A stretch of 64,000 nt of DNA, taken from the NCBI GenBank assembly GCA_038087875.1, contig JAXLNO010000349.1, positions 1 to 64,000 on the forward strand. The letters are read 5' to 3'. How positions within the stretch are numbered: position 1 is the stretch's first letter; each line of letters begins with the position of its first letter. The position numbers and the translations under genes were made by a program. Source of the DNA: Malacoraja senta. Taxonomy: Eukaryota. The notes below the pieces were generated by a model. The model did no database searches and was not told the DNA's origin. It saw only the letters and a program-made list of their open reading frames with translations. Shown here one piece after another: positions 36,428 through 50,215 of the stretch.

Positions 36428-38437
36428 TTTTCTCACTTCAAACATATTTGCTTCAGGCAAAGGCTTTATAGAATGCCAAGCTGATTAATTCCTGTAATGG
36501 AGATCAAGGTGGCAAAGATCAATCACATGATCCAGGAGCCACCAGTGAGTTAATGGGGATGAACTCTAGTGAAGACAACTAAAGCTTGAAATTCTGGCAC
36601 GGTGATGTTTTCATGCAGTGTCTTGAGATCCCTTTTACTCTGGAAACTGCAGTATTTACTGTGATTGTCTCTGATGTGGTCTCCGCATTGGTCTTTGCAG
36701 GGTGTTGTCATTCTTTCTTCTTTTGGGGCATTGCCACAGACGTTCAACCAAGTTGATCATGCCCAGGATGCTGTGTCATAAAGAACATACTTTTTTGTGT
36801 TTCTTCCAACCATTTTTCTGCATGATATTTCATCTGCATGTCCCTGCTCATTCATTTAACCTGCCATTATCCAAAGAAGCCTCTCCTAATCCTGTTCAGC
36901 TCACACAGCCCCCCTGCTTTGGTTAGCAAACTTCTATACATTTTGATCCTTTCGTCCAAATTATTAATGGGACTTAGTTGGACACTTTCTGAAAGTCTAA
37001 ATACACACCATCTTACCCCTGCTAGTTAAACCTTAAAACAACTTGAATGGATTTGTCAAACATTTGTCATTGAAAATCAACTTGACCCTACCCAGCCTAT
37101 TTATTTTAAGCATCATGTTACTACTTCTGTATTAATAGATTGCATTATTTTCCAAAACTTTAAAATACAGATTGATCTGTAACTTTCCATTTTTTTGATC
37201 TCCCTCCTTTCTGAACCTTCTGTTTTGTGGGAAAAGTTCTACAATTTATGGAATTTTGAAAGATGACCACTGTTGCTATCGCCATCTTTCAAAATATTAA
37301 GATGCAGTTTGTCCAGCCATGGGGATTTATCATCTTTAGTTGCTTTATTTCCCCCAATGCTTTTTTGTTTTACTAATGCTAATTTCCCCGAGCTCCTTCA
37401 TTCTGGATGTATTCTCCACAATTTCTTTCCACATTCACAATGCAACACTGTTTGGAACCTAAGGTGGGCCCTGTACTGGCCTCTTGATCCCCAAGATCTA
37501 ACCCCAATCATTCTTGTTCCTGCGCCACTGATCAGCTAAGACTTACAATGGAGGCCCTATTGTAGATTCCTGCCCAACCCCCTTCCCCAATCTTGCTGGC
37601 AGCTGATCCCTTCTCAACTGAACAGATTTGCAGCCCCCTTCAGTAATGCTCATGGGTCTTGGCTGTAAGATCTGACCCAAGGGATCAGATGGACTGTCAG
37701 TAAGTTCTCTCACATGTGTCTTTTGCTGAAGATTAAATATATTTGGCAAGTATGTCAGGAGTTTGTGATTTGCAAATAGCGCATTGTGTAGGAAGGAAAT
37801 GTTGATGCTGCAGATGCTTTATGCTGAAGATGAACACAAAATGCAGGAGTAACTCAGTGGGACAGGCAGCATCTTTGGATAGAAGGAATGGGAAGCATTT
37901 CAGGTCGAGGCCCTTCTTCAGACTCGTATTATCGGAAATATCGTATTGACTGGAACAAATGACAAGTTACAAATAGAAAATTGCAAATCTGCAGGTGATG
38001 GAGGACTGAAACACAATGCTAGAAATACTCGGGTCAGGCAGCAGGTGCGCAGAGATACTTTTTTAACTGACCATTCATGCAATCTGGTCAAGGAAAAACA
38101 TGTTTTCAGATGCAGAGATAGGGAAACTGAGGAGAGCTGGATCAGTGGCTGATCTAGTTGAAGCATCTACAAGTTTCAAACTTGCTGAACCAATCCAGAT
38201 TACAGATTGTAGAAACAAGAACCTGCAGATGCTGGTTTACCGAGGAAAGACACAAAATGCTGGAGTAACTCAGCAGGTCAGGCAGGTCCAGGAATGCTGC
38301 CGACCCATTGAGTTACTCCATAGAAACATAGAAACGTAGAAAATAGGAGGAGGCCATTCAGCCCTTCGAGCCAGCACCGCCATTCATTGTGATCATGGCT
38401 GATCGTCCCCTATTGATCATGGCTGATCGTCCCCTAT

Positions 38438-40293
38438 CCAAAGGGTTTCTACAGCTATATTAATAGCAAAAGGATAACAAGGAATAAAATTGGTCCATTA
38501 GAGAGTCAGAGTGGACAGCTATCTGCAGAGCCAAAAGAGATGGGGGAGATATTGAACAATTTCTTTTCTTCGGTATTCACCAAGGAGAAGGATATGGAAT
38601 TATGTGAGGTAAGGGAAACAAGCAGAGTAGCAATGGAAACTATGAGATTCAAAGAAGAGGAGGTGCGGACACTTTTGAAAAATATGAAAACGGATAAGTC
38701 TCCAGGTCCTGACAGGATATTCCCGAGGACATTGAGGGAAGTTAGTGTAGAAATAGCAGGGGCTATGACAGAAATATTTCAAATGTCATTAGAAACGGGA
38801 ATAGTGGCAGAGGATTGGCGTACTGCGCATGTTGTTCCGTTGTTTAAAAAGGGTTCTAAGAGTAAACCTAGCAATTATAGACCTGTTAGTTTGACGTCAG
38901 TTGTGGGCAAATTAATGGAAAGGATACTTAGAGATATATATAAGCATCTGGATAAGCAGGGTCTGATTAGGAACAGTCAACATGGATTTGTGCCTGGAAG
39001 GTCATGTTTCACTAATCTAGAATTTTTCGAAAAGGTTACTAGGGAAATTGATGAGGGTAAAGCAGTGGATGTTGTCTATATGGACTTCAGTAAGGCCTTT
39101 GACAAGGTTCCTCACGGAAGGTTGGTTAAGAAGATTAAATTGTTGGGTATTAATGGTGGAGTAGCAAGATGGATTCAACAGTTGCTGAATGGGAGATGCC
39201 AGAGAGTAATGGTGGATGGCTGTTTGTCAGGTTGGAGGCCGGTGACTAGTGGGGTGCCTCAGGGGTCTGTGTTGGGTCCACTGTTGTTTGTCATGTACAT
39301 CAATGATCTGGATGATGGTGTGGAAAATTGGATTAGTAAGTATGCAGATGATACTAAGATAGGTGGTGTGGTGGATAATAATGTAGATTTTCAAAGTCTG
39401 CAGAGAGATTTAGGCCATTTGGAAGAGTGGGCTGAAAGATGGCAGATGGAGTTTAATGCTGATAAATGTGAGGTACTACATCTAGGCAGGACAAATCAAA
39501 ATTGGACGTACATGGTAAATGGTAGAGGATTGAGGAATGCAATTGAACAGAGGGATCTAGGAATAACTGTGCATAGTTCCCTGAAGGTGGAATCTCATGT
39601 AGATAGGGTGGTAAAGAAAGCTTTTGGTGTGCTGGCCTTTATAAATCAGAGCATTGAATATAGAAGTTGGGATGTAATGTTAAAATTGTACAAGGCATTG
39701 GTGAGGCCAATTCTGGAGTATGGAGTACAATTTTGGTCGCCTAATTATAGGAAGGATGTCAACAAAATAGAGAGAGTACAGAGGAGATTTACTAGATTGT
39801 TTCCTGGGTTTCAGCAACTAAGTTACAGAGAAAGGTTGAACAAGTTAGGTCTTTATTCTTTGGAGCGCAGAAGGTTAAGAGGGGACTTGATAAAGATCTT
39901 TAAAATTATGAGCGGGTTAGACAGAGTTGACGTGGATAAGCTTTTTCCATTGAGAGTAGGGAAGATTCAAACAAGGGGACATGTCTTCAGAATTAAGGGA
40001 CAGAATTTAGGGGTAACATTAGGGGGAACTTCTTTACTCAGAGAGTGGTAGCTGTGTGGAATGAGCTTCCAGTGGAAGTGGTGGAGGCAGGTTCGATTTT
40101 ATCCTTTAAAAATAGGTTGGATGGGATATGGATGGGAAAGGAATGGAGGGTTATGGTCTGAGTGCAGGTAGATGGGACTAGGGGGAAGTTATATATATAT
40201 TTTTTTTTAATGAAAAAAAAATGATATTCGGCACGGACTTGAAGGGCCGAGATGGCCTGTTTCCGTGCTGTAATGGTTATATGGTTATATGGT
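38438..40293 (+). mobile_element. young 5'-truncated CR1 LINE with near-intact RT (ORF 38540-40051), inserted in an older CR1 tail (38320-40685, minus)
   Basis: KSPGPD, QHGF..GRSC, DFSKAFDKVPH, QGSVLGP, YADD; (tatatggt)n tail. Confidence 0.93.
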
Positions 40294-41424
40294 TAATAAC
40301 CCGTGCCTGCCTTCTTCCCATATCCCCTGACTCCACTAGCCCCTAGAGCTCTATCTAACTCTCTTAAATCCATTGAGTGATTTGTCCTCCACTGCCCTCT
40401 GTGGCAGGGAATTCCATAAATTCACAACTCTCTGGGTGAAAAGGTTTTTTCCGACCTCAGTCTTAAATGACCCGCCCCCCCCTTTATTCTAAGACTGTGG
40501 CCCCTGGTTCTGGACTCGCCCAACATTGGGAACATTTTTCCTGCATCTAGCTTGTCCAGTCCTTTTATAATTGTATATGTTTCTATAAGATCCCCCTCAT
40601 CCTTCTAAACTCCAGTGAATACAAGCCTAGTCTTTTCAATCTTTCCCCATATGACTGTCCCGCCATCCCAGGGATCAATCTTGTGAACTCCAGCATTTTA
40701 TCTTTCCAGAATAGAAGTTTATTTTTCATGGCTACTTTATTCACAATTTGTCAGTTTCCACAAAGCAAGCCTGTGTAAGTAAGCATGTTCTCTCCTCATC
40801 CACGATGCTGCATGGAGTAAAGCTGTTGCTCCCAGTATTTCCTGCTGTCATTTGAGATCCATGTTCCCCTTATACCTCTGTAAAACATCTACCTTTTCCA
40901 TGATAAAATGCTTGTTATCAATGCTGTATGTAATTGAATAGAATGTCCTGAAATCCATGATCAGCAGGATGTTTGAAGTCTGGTTTGTAGCTAATCCATC
41001 TTCTCTCCAGCGTACAGTACTTTCATACTGAAGCACAGGTTCCCTGATCTGTCATCATGTTTTTTTGCTTTGTAGAATAAAGATGCTGCCGTTTACAAAT
41101 TCACTGAACTGCGGGTGAATAACAACTGGGGCCATCCAGAATACACTTGCCTCTACCGGTTCCGTGTCCACGGAGAACCAGTGATGTGATTCTGGAGCTT
41201 GGCTGCCCCGCACTCTGCAACACTAACAACCTCTACGTAATCTGGATTCAAAGTTGATTTCCCGCAACAGTCAATTTCTGTCATAAATGTTAATAGTGTT
41301 TTTAAATTATTTATAATTATTTTATATTAAATATATTTAGAATGAAACATCCTTAATGTGATTACTTAATGTACTTTAATAACCTTTTCATATTTATTTA
41401 AACTACTTTTATTTTATTTTAACG

Positions 41425-41845
41425 GGGGAGGGGTTGTGTGGAAGAGGTGGGGGGGGGGCGGGTTGGGGTTGTGGGGGAGGAGGAGGGTGTGGGGGGAGGG
41501 AGGTGGGGGGGTTGTGGGGGGAGGGTTGGGTTGTGGAGGAGGGGGGGTTGTGGGGGGAGGGTTGGGGTTATGGGGGGAGGGGGTTGTGGGGTTGTGGAAG
41601 GAGGAGGGTGTGGGTGGAGGGCAGGGTTGGAGTTGTGGGGGAGGAGGGTGTGGAGGAGGGGCGGGGTTGATGTTGTGGGGGAGGAGGGTGTGGGGAGAGG
41701 CGGGGTTGTGGTTGTGGGGGGAGGGCTGTGTAGGGGAGGGGGTTGTAGGGGAGGGTCAGGGTTGGGGTTGTGGGGGGAGGAGGGTGTGAGGGATGGTCAG
41801 GGTTGGGGTTGTGGGGGGAGGGGGGTGTGGGGGAGGGGGGTGTAT
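41425..41845 (+). repeat. G-rich degenerate tandem repeat (ggggttgtggggggaggagggtgt-like)
   Basis: Direct. Confidence 0.9.
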
Positions 41846-42930
41846 GGAGTTGAGTCGGAGATGTCGCCAAACGGAGAGCGGAGACTCTGATCCCAGCGTA
41901 GGAGAACGACCAGCGCCCACTGTGAGTCCCCATCGCACTGCCAATTCCAGCCACTACCCCTCTGGTCCCCCTCGCTGGCTCCCGTGATACCCCCTCCTCC
42001 CCCATGGCTCTTCCCCTGTATTTTCTCCGAGCTCTCTACCCCTCCCCCCCCCGCCCACACACCCCACTACCCCCATAACCCCTCCGCACTGCCTGCGGGC
42101 CTGGACCGACCGACACTCCCGTCCGCGGACGTCTGGATAGAAGAGCCTCCTTCACACCTCCTACACATTAGACGTGTGTGTGAGCGTGGTTGGGATGGAT
42201 GGGAGCGGGGATTTCCACGGGCGCAATTAAGGAACAAAGGACCTGAAGTTTGCGTTGAGTGAACTGTGTTGTTAACATTCTCGCCGCCGGACACCGGCGT
42301 TTTGTGAGAGTGGTTGGATTCCAGCTTCAGCTCAACCAACGTCGGTCACATTATCCGGACAGACAGACAGACAGGCGGGCGGGCGGGGGATCAGGAGCTG
42401 ATGTAAGGCATCGGTGATGCTGTGGGATCCTAGTCAGCTGCCGCTGAGCAGCGGGATGGAGGAGGCAGCTCTCGACCCGGGGCCAAGTTTCCTTTATTGT
42501 CATTCAGACCTTTCGGTCTGAACGAAATTGTGATGCCTGCAGTAGAGGTGTAGAGGTATCACTTCTTCCAGCGGCGAGTGAGCGGAGGGAGAGGCACCAG
42601 CTACCGTGGCCCGCTCACCTGTCTGTCGGCCGCTGACTCCTCCACCCCTGCATCCCGGGATACAACCACTCTCAAAAAAACGCCGGTGTACGACGAGGAC
42701 GGTAAGCACACTCAGTTCACTCAACGCAAACTTTAGGTCATTTGTTCCTTGCACCAGCGGAAATCTCCAGCGCGGTGGAGACGAGGGTTTCTGAAGTTGC
42801 ATTCTGTCGATTGAGGACATTTTCTCCACTCTCCCAGAAGCAACCATGGCTTTACCAGTGGTTGTTTGTCTAACTGAAACCTCTTTCCCCCACCTCTCAC
42901 CGTCTCTCCCTGTCTCCCAGTTGCATCTGC

Positions 42931-42964
<34 letters not shown>

Positions 42965-43970
42965 ACACCCCGCTCTCCCCGCTACCAGGTACCCCGTTCG
43001 GTTTTTTAATTCTCGAATGACCTTTGCCAAATCCCCTGATTCGTTGCGTTTTTTCGGAATACCGAACTGGCTTATTCCGTGATGCTCAGTTCCACTTTTG
43101 GGCCTAATTTTTTGTAACATTTGTGCTGCGGAGGCTGAGGACAGAAAGCTTATGATGGGAATGTGAAGGGCAGTTAAAATGGTGAGCAACTGGAAGATCC
43201 AGTATGTTGGCAGACCAAGCACTAGTGTTCGGCTAATCTGACAACATTCTGCAGCACATATTCCAACAACTGAAACTACGAGAGGATGCTTGCTGTGGCA
43301 TCATTGCCTCAAAATTAAAGGGCGCTCTTTTAGAAAGGAGGTGAGCAGGAACTTCTTTAGTCAGTGGATATTTTAAGGCAGAGATAGACAAATTCTTGAA
43401 TAGAACGGGTGTCGAGGGTTATGGGGAGAAGATAGGAAAATGGGATTAGATGGCAGAGATCACCCATGATTGAATGGCGGAGTGGACTTGATGGGCCGAA
43501 TGGTCTAATTCTAATCTTCCAACTTGTCAATGTGACAATGATTGACATAAAGGCCAGCCCAACCCATCCAACGTTGCCTATTGCAGTGATTCAGTGACTC
43601 CTTGACCTTTGCAGTTTGTTTCTTATCTCAACACTACTGCCAAAATCAGCAGCAATATGTGGATAGGCATAAGCTGCAGTTTGCTTTTGCCACTATTTGA
43701 TTTGTAATCAGTTTATTCAGGTTTGATTTTGGTGAACAGAGTCAGGCCATCATCAATGGTTGATACAAATTAGTGTTGAATGTTATGTTTCTGTGTGTGT
43801 TGATGTGGTGGTGGACTCAAATAGTTTGCTTTTATTCATTTCAGAAATTGATATTTTAAAGGGAAAGGATGAGCTGTGACTTGGATGTGGCCCAAAAATT
43901 CAACTGAGCTTTCAGGATCAATTATAGCTCAAGAAAAAGTCTTTAGGAAATTGTACTGACCATCTTCTGA

Positions 43971-44299
43971 TGGGCCTGTCCCACTTACGTGACTTTTTCG
44001 GCGACTGCCGGCACCCGTCATTGGTCGTTGCAGGTCGCTGAAAATGTTCAATATGTTGAAAATTCAGTGGCGTCCAGAAAGATGCGACGACTCTTTGGGC
44101 GACTGAGGAGACTACTCACAACCATACAGGTGACATGTTGCGGGGTGAAGCCTGTATGGTCGTGAGTAGTTACCCAAAGAGTCGTACCTTGTTCTAGTCG
44201 CCGCTGGGTTTTCAACGTTGAACATTTTCTGTGACCTGCAACGACCTATGACGGGTGCCGGCAAGTCACCGGAAAAGTTGCGTAAGTGGGACAGGCCCA
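43971..44299. mobile_element. PIF/Harbinger-type foldback MITE
   Basis: tgggcctgtcccacttacg ... cgtaagtgggacaggccca; nearly the whole element is an inverted repeat; 3-bp TGA duplicated on both sides. Confidence 0.85.
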
Positions 44300-46096
44300 T
44301 GAGACTCCAAAGTCTCAATCTGATCAGAAAGTCAACGCATGTCAACAAGATGATCATATATTTGTAAACTACACCACAGTCCAAGGTTAGTGGTGTTGTT
44401 TACAAATTAAATTACATTTCATACATTCATGAGTGAGCCTTGCTTGGAAATGATTGGTTTAACAATCCTACCGTGTCCCACAGAAAATTCTTGCCCAATT
44501 CTTAGGGCTAACGGCCAAGCTCTTAGGGCCAATGGAATCAAGGGATATGGAGAGAAAGCAGGAACGGGGTACTGATTTTGGATGAGCAGCCATGGTGATA
44601 TTAAACGGCTCGAAGGGCCGAATGGCCTACTCCTGCATCTATTTGCTATGTTTCTAATTGTTTTGGGATTAGAGATGAGGGGCAGGCCCACTGCTCTGTC
44701 GGCTGTGTATTGGGAAAAGTCAGTGGGTGGGGGTGGGTGGTGGAAAGTGCAAGAGGCATCCTTTGCAGATTTATCATGAGCCTTCTGGGTGAGGAGCAGA
44801 GGCAGGAGCTGGCTGCCAGAGGAGAAAGACAAGGCCAGGTGAGCAAGGTTTAGTGAATGTTGCCTTAACGGGATGACTAGTGTTCAGTTTACAGGTTGCT
44901 CTGAGACACCTGTTGCCTTCTCATAGTCACACACCTGCAAGAATTCTGACCCAGTGAGTTACTCCAGTACTTTGTGTCTATCTTTGGTATAAACCAGCAT
45001 CTGCAGTTCTTTGTTTCTACCAAGGTCACTGGCGGTTAGGCAATTGCCTAGTGCAGCCCAGTACATTGGTGTCACCTGAAAACTTGTGGATGGAGTTAGC
45101 GTTGAATTTGGCCGTACAGTCGTGAGTGTATAGGGAGTTTACTAATGGACTGAGAACGCATCGTTGCTTGGCATCGTTGTATTGAGTAATATTATGGAGG
45201 AGGTTTCACCTATTCTCACTGCTTGTGGTCTGTGGGTCAGAAAGTCAAAGATCCAGTGACAGAGCAGGGAGCTGATTCCTAGAAATAAATAGAAAAAGCT
45301 GGAGTAACTCAGCGGGTCAGACAGCATTTCTGGAGAAAAGGCTTAGGTGACGTTTTAGGTCTAGACCCTTCCTCAGATTTGTCTGTCCCGCTGAGTTACT
45401 CCAGCTTTTTCTGCCTATCTTCCGTTTAAACCAGCATCTGCAGTTTCTTCCTACACTACAAATTCCTTGGGCTGAAAGTTGTCTTTTAACAGGGTAAACA
45501 GGATGGCAGGTTTACAAGTTGCTCTGAGAAACCTCTCGCCTTTTCAGCATTCTGAGAGAGTCACACGTCTGCATCAATTCTTCAGTTGCTGATTGGAATT
45601 TGGAAAGCTAATCGACGTAAAGGAGAGGGATAGATGCAGTTCTGATGCAGTTCCTGTGGCCACTAGAGGTGTAGAAATACAAAGTTTAGCTTGCATTTAG
45701 ATGCAATCTGGAAGTCTAAGACTCAAAAGTTTGACAGAAATAAAGTGTTTGAAAAGAGAGAAAAAAACTCTGCTCACAAGAAACGCTAAAATCAACAATG
45801 ATGTGCTCAGCAGCTTTTGAAGTTGAAGGTGGAGTGCACCCATTCACACATTTATTTGTGTGATTACAATTGTTCAGTAGCTGTGCTTCCCTGGGAGTGG
45901 CACTCTAGAATGCATTTGTCAGATACAAGCTGTAGACTTTCTGTCTCCACAGGGCCTCACACACTTCACTCATGTTTTAAACCTTTCATTTTGTGATTTC
46001 TCTGACTTTTACAGTTGACCAGGAAACAATTGCCTCTGTTCCTCTGCTCACAGCTGAGCTGTTTTTCGTTATGTTGTTTGTGTACACAGACATAGA

Positions 46097-46540
46097 AGGT
46101 GGTGCAGCGGTAGAGTTGCTGCCTCATAGCGCTAGAGACCCGGGTTTGATCCTGACTACGAGTGCTGTCCTTACGGAATACGGAGTTTGTGCGTTCTCCC
46201 CATGACCTGCGTAGGTTCTCTCTGCGTGCGCCGGTTTCCTCACACACTCCAAAGACGTACAAGTTTGTACAAGTCTGAAGAAGGGTCTGGACCCAAAACG
46301 TCACCCATTCCTTCTCTCCGTAGATGCTGCCTGTCCCGCTGAGTTACTCCAGCTTTTTATGTCTATCTTTGGTTTAAACCAGTATGTGCAATTCCTTCTT
46401 ACACAAGTTTGTAGATTAATTGGCTTTGGTAAAATTGGAAATTGTCCCTAGTGTGTAGAATAGTGTTAGTGTGCGAGATCGCTGGTCGGCACGGACTCGG
46501 TGGGCTGAAGGGCTTGTTTCCATGCTGTATATCTAATCTA
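46097..46540 (+). mobile_element. HE1-type SINE interrupted by a Penelope terminal fragment (46272-46405)
   Basis: SINE head and tail flank the ctgaagaagggtctggaccc.. insert; acaagtttgta occurs on both sides. Confidence 0.8.
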
Positions 46541-46554
46541 GTCTCGGCTAGTCT

Positions 46555-47620
46555 CTGCTATGGGGTTCCACAAGGTTCCATCCTTGGTCCCATTCTCTTC
46601 TCCCTGGATATGCTCCCCTTAGGCCAAGTCATTGAAAGGCACGGCATTTCCTTCCATTGCTATGCAGAGAATACACAACTCTATCTCCCCCTGAAGCCCA
46701 AAAACCAATCAAATCTGCTTAACCGTATCCATTGCCTCGAGGATATAAAGTGTTGGATGGCCCAGAACTTCCTCCAACTAAACGAGAGTAAGTCTGAGGT
46801 CATCCTTCTCGGCCCCTCGGACTCAATCAAAATCATAGCAGGCAGCCTTGGAAGCCTTACCCCACTACTCAAACCTCACGTCAAAAACATTGGCGTGATA
46901 TTTGACTCAGCACTGAAATTTGACAAACAAGTCAATGCCGTGGTAAAAGCTAGCTTCTTTCAGCTTCGGACGATAGCTAAAATAAAACAATTCCTCCAGT
47001 TTGATGACCTCGAAAAGATCATCCACACATTTATATCCTCCCGCCTAGATTACTGCAACTCCCTTTACACTGGCATGAGCCAATCTTCCCTGCCCCGCCT
47101 GCATCTGGTCCAAAACGTCGCAGCGAGACTCCTGACGGGCACCCGAAAAAGGGACCACATCACCCCGATTCTGGCCTCTCTCCACTGGCTCCCTGTGCGG
47201 TTCCGAATAAATTTCAAGACCCTCCTTTATGTCTACAAAGCCCTGAATGGGCTTGCCCCCACCTACATTAAAAGTCTGCTCACCCGCCACACCACCTCCA
47301 GGTCCCTCAGATCGGCCGACTTGGGGTTACTGAACATCTAGGCATAAGCTCAGGGGCGACCGCGCCTTTGCGGTTGCAACTCCTAGACTGTGGAACAGCA
47401 TCCCTCTTCCCATCAGAACTGCCCCCTCCATCGACTCCTTTAAGTCTGGACTAAAAACTCATCTGTACTCCCAAGCCTTTCTTCACGTCCTCTGAGCGAG
47501 GGCTATATATATATATAGTTTGTTGTTATACTATTCTTATACCAATGTAAAGCACTTTGGCCAACGAGAGTTGGTTTTTAAATGTGCTATATAAATAAAT
47601 GTGACTTGACTTGACTAAAC
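46555..47620 (+). mobile_element. L2-type LINE RT 3' part
   Basis: GVPQGSILGP, HCYAENTQLY (catalytic YADD lost), SRLDYCNSL, HITPILASLHWLP; (gactt)n tail. Confidence 0.9.
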
Positions 47621-47984
47621 TGAACTAAACTAACATCTGTGGCTGGAGGGATGGTGCAGGGCGGACGGAGGCCAGGGATTGAGCAATTGCCTGGGAGCAA
47701 CAGTATGCATCACTTGTCAGTAAGAAGCCATTCCAAAAGCTCGGGTTTCCCAGACTGCATTTCTTTGCTTTCCTCCACCTCGATCTGTAATCAGTTAATG
47801 ATGGTTAGAATTGTTGAACAACGAGTCAGGTCACCATGAATGACCAATACAAATTAGTGATAAATATTTGGTTTAACTGTGTTGGCAGAATGCTTTTCAA
47901 CTTTCACATCGATCCCTATTTCACTTGGCCATACTCTCCTATCCCTTTGTGAGCTTTCTGTCCCATTAATGCTGGTGTCTATAT

Positions 47985-48940
47985 ACAAATACCATCGACA
48001 GATGCAGTTAGAGGAGAGTGGGAACAAGAACTATCTATAAAAATTTCGAAAGACAGATGGGATAAATATTTGTTATACGTACACAAATGTTCGATTAATG
48101 TAAGACTATATTACTCGAAAACTAAACTGAATGGAATTGTTTCAAATGTCTCTCCCATCTGTGATAAATGCTTATCTCAAGATACAACTATAGCACACTT
48201 CCATGCATAAAACTCCACAAATTTTGGAAAGACATTTTTGACATTTTCACAAAATTATTTAAAATACAATTGTACCCCAACACAGAATTGATTATTTTTG
48301 GAACAATGGAAGCCGTCTCTGAGCTGACTTCATTCCAAAACTGTCTTCTAAACTATGGCTGGACAATGGCAAAAAAACTTATACTCAAATTCTGGAAAAA
48401 TGCACCCAACCCCAACGCTTAAAATGTGGATTTCAAGCATGTCTCAAATGTTACATCTCGAAGATATGAGATTCATCCTAGCAGGTAAATCAGACCAATT
48501 CTTAAAGATTTGGTCTCCTTTTATCAACATTACAAGTATATGGTGCAACATAACCCTGGAAATTAATTGTTTCAGAACTGGGTGAGGGGTGTGGAAAGAT
48601 ATGAAGCAGGTATATCGCCTTTTTTTTCCTTTTGTTTTTATTTTTTATTATTTCTTTTTTTTCCTCTCTTTGTTCTCTTTCTTTATATCTTCACGGGCTC
48701 TTTATTTCTATTCTTTCACGAACTATCAATATCTACTTTACTTAACTTTCTCTTTCACTTTCTTCCTTGTTTCTGTTACTTCTCTGTTATTAAGTTTAAA
48801 ACAAGAAGTTGTACACAAAATGTATTATGTTATACACAGTTTATACTACTGTACATTGCTTCTAACAAAAGTATTAATAAAAAAATTTAAAAAATTTAAA
48901 TAATTTTTAAAAATAATAATAATAATAATAATAATAATAA
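47985..48940 (+). mobile_element. L1-type LINE 3' end, degenerate
   Basis: SPICDKC....H...CIKLHKFW...AKKLILKFWK Cys-rich C-terminus; T-rich UTR, AATAAA, A/AAT tail. Confidence 0.75.
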
Positions 48941-48944
48941 TTCT

Positions 48945-49505
48945 GGTGTCTTTCTTAACCTTTCCTATATTATCTTTCCCTTTAACTCCATCCTTGTATT
49001 TCCAATTTGTCTCCCCCTCCATTATTTACTTTAAACCCCCCCGTGGAGCAGTGGCAAACCTGCCTGCCACAATGCTGGTCCCCCGCCAGTTAAGGTGCAA
49101 CCCGTCCCTTTTGTACAATTCACCCTTACCCCAAAACATGGGCTAAGAATCCAAATCCCTGCCCCCTGCACCAGCTCCTCAGCCACACCTTCAGATCCCC
49201 TATCTCCCTATTCCTGCCCTCTCCAGCACGTGGAACTGGAAGCAAACCGGAGATAACCACCCTGGAGATCCTGCTTTTTAGCCTTCTTCCGAGCTCTGTA
49301 AAGTCACGCTGTAGAATCTCTTTCCTCTTCTTCCCGACATCATTTATGCCGACATGTACTACCACTTCCGGCTGCTCACCTTCACCCTTGAGGATGCCCT
49401 GTAATTCGTCCGTGACGTCCTGGATCCTGGCACCAGGGAGGCAACACACCATCTTTGAATCCCGCCTGTTGCTGCAGAAACCCCTGCCTGTACCTCTCAC
49501 GAAAG
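48945..49505 (-). mobile_element. CR1 ORF1 SGNH-esterase fragment
   Basis: CCLPGARIQDV...VVVHVGINDV...VVISGLLP. Confidence 0.8.
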
Positions 49506-49619
49506 ATTCAGGCAACCATCTATGACCAATACAAATTAGTGTTAAGTATTTGGTTTGTGTGTGTGTTGGGAGGGTGGTGGAGTGAATGGTTTAATTATTA
49601 ATTTCAACAATCTACATTA

Positions 49620-50215
49620 TTTTTAAAATATATATATTTTTTTATTAGAAGTATTTTACATTACAGTAATCTGCAATAACGTAAATTTATACAGTTCTTG
49701 TACCACTTCTGTTTTTCAACTTTAATAGAAAAAAAGGATAGAAAGAGCTAGCAAAGACAGTCAGTGAGTGAATGAAAAAGTGGTCCAGGAACACACATGT
49801 GAACCTAAACCACAAGAAATAGTTAAAGAAGAAAAGAAAAATAGAGAGAAAAGAAAATAAGATAGGACAATATGAAAGGGATGCACCTACTTCTTATCTT
49901 TACTCACCCCTCGCCAGGTCCTAAAACCATTTATTATCATCATTTTGTTGCACCCTATGTTTGTAATAAGTGGATATATGGAGACCAAATCTTTTGGAAT
50001 TGGTCTTGTTTACCTGCTGGGAGGAATCTCATATCTTCTAGATGTAACAATTCCGACATATTAGAAGTCCACATTTTTAGTTGGCGTAGGAGCATTTTTC
50101 CAAAATGTCAGTATTAATTTTTTTGCCGTTATTAAGCCATAACTAAGAAAACTCCTTTGAAACGCAGTCAGCTCCAAACTTGTTGCTATTGTTCCAAAAA
50201 TAATCAGTTCTGCAT
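49620..50215 (-). mobile_element. L1-type LINE 3' end
   Basis: Reverse-complement homologue of 48280-48890. Confidence 0.7.

Larger units (their letters stand above)
34689..41189 (+). pseudogene. SUN-domain protein (SUN1/2/3/5 family), last three coding exons: 34689-34858, 35686-35778, 41076-41189; +2 frameshift in the first
   Basis: PEVHPGNCWPFKGSQGFVVIELAVRIRPTAFTLDHIPRSI/SPCGSIRSAPQDFSVY | GLDDENQAEGILLGQYTYNEEGDSIQTFEVQ | NKDAAVYKFTELRVNNNWGHPEYTCLYRFRVHGEPVM*; canonical AG/GT sites; first exon is 170 nt with extra GA near 34809. Confidence 0.85.

Noticed and set aside
38540..40051. Autonomous active retrotransposon or host RT gene
   Set aside because: 5'-truncated (no endonuclease or ORF1) and frameshifted near the C-terminus; an ordinary dead-on-arrival CR1 copy.
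43015..43082. Peptide SLRFFGIPNW resembling the SUN motif SLFGIPLW
   Set aside because: Lies downstream of the SUN stop codon, has no fitting splice sites or flanking similarity; likely chance.
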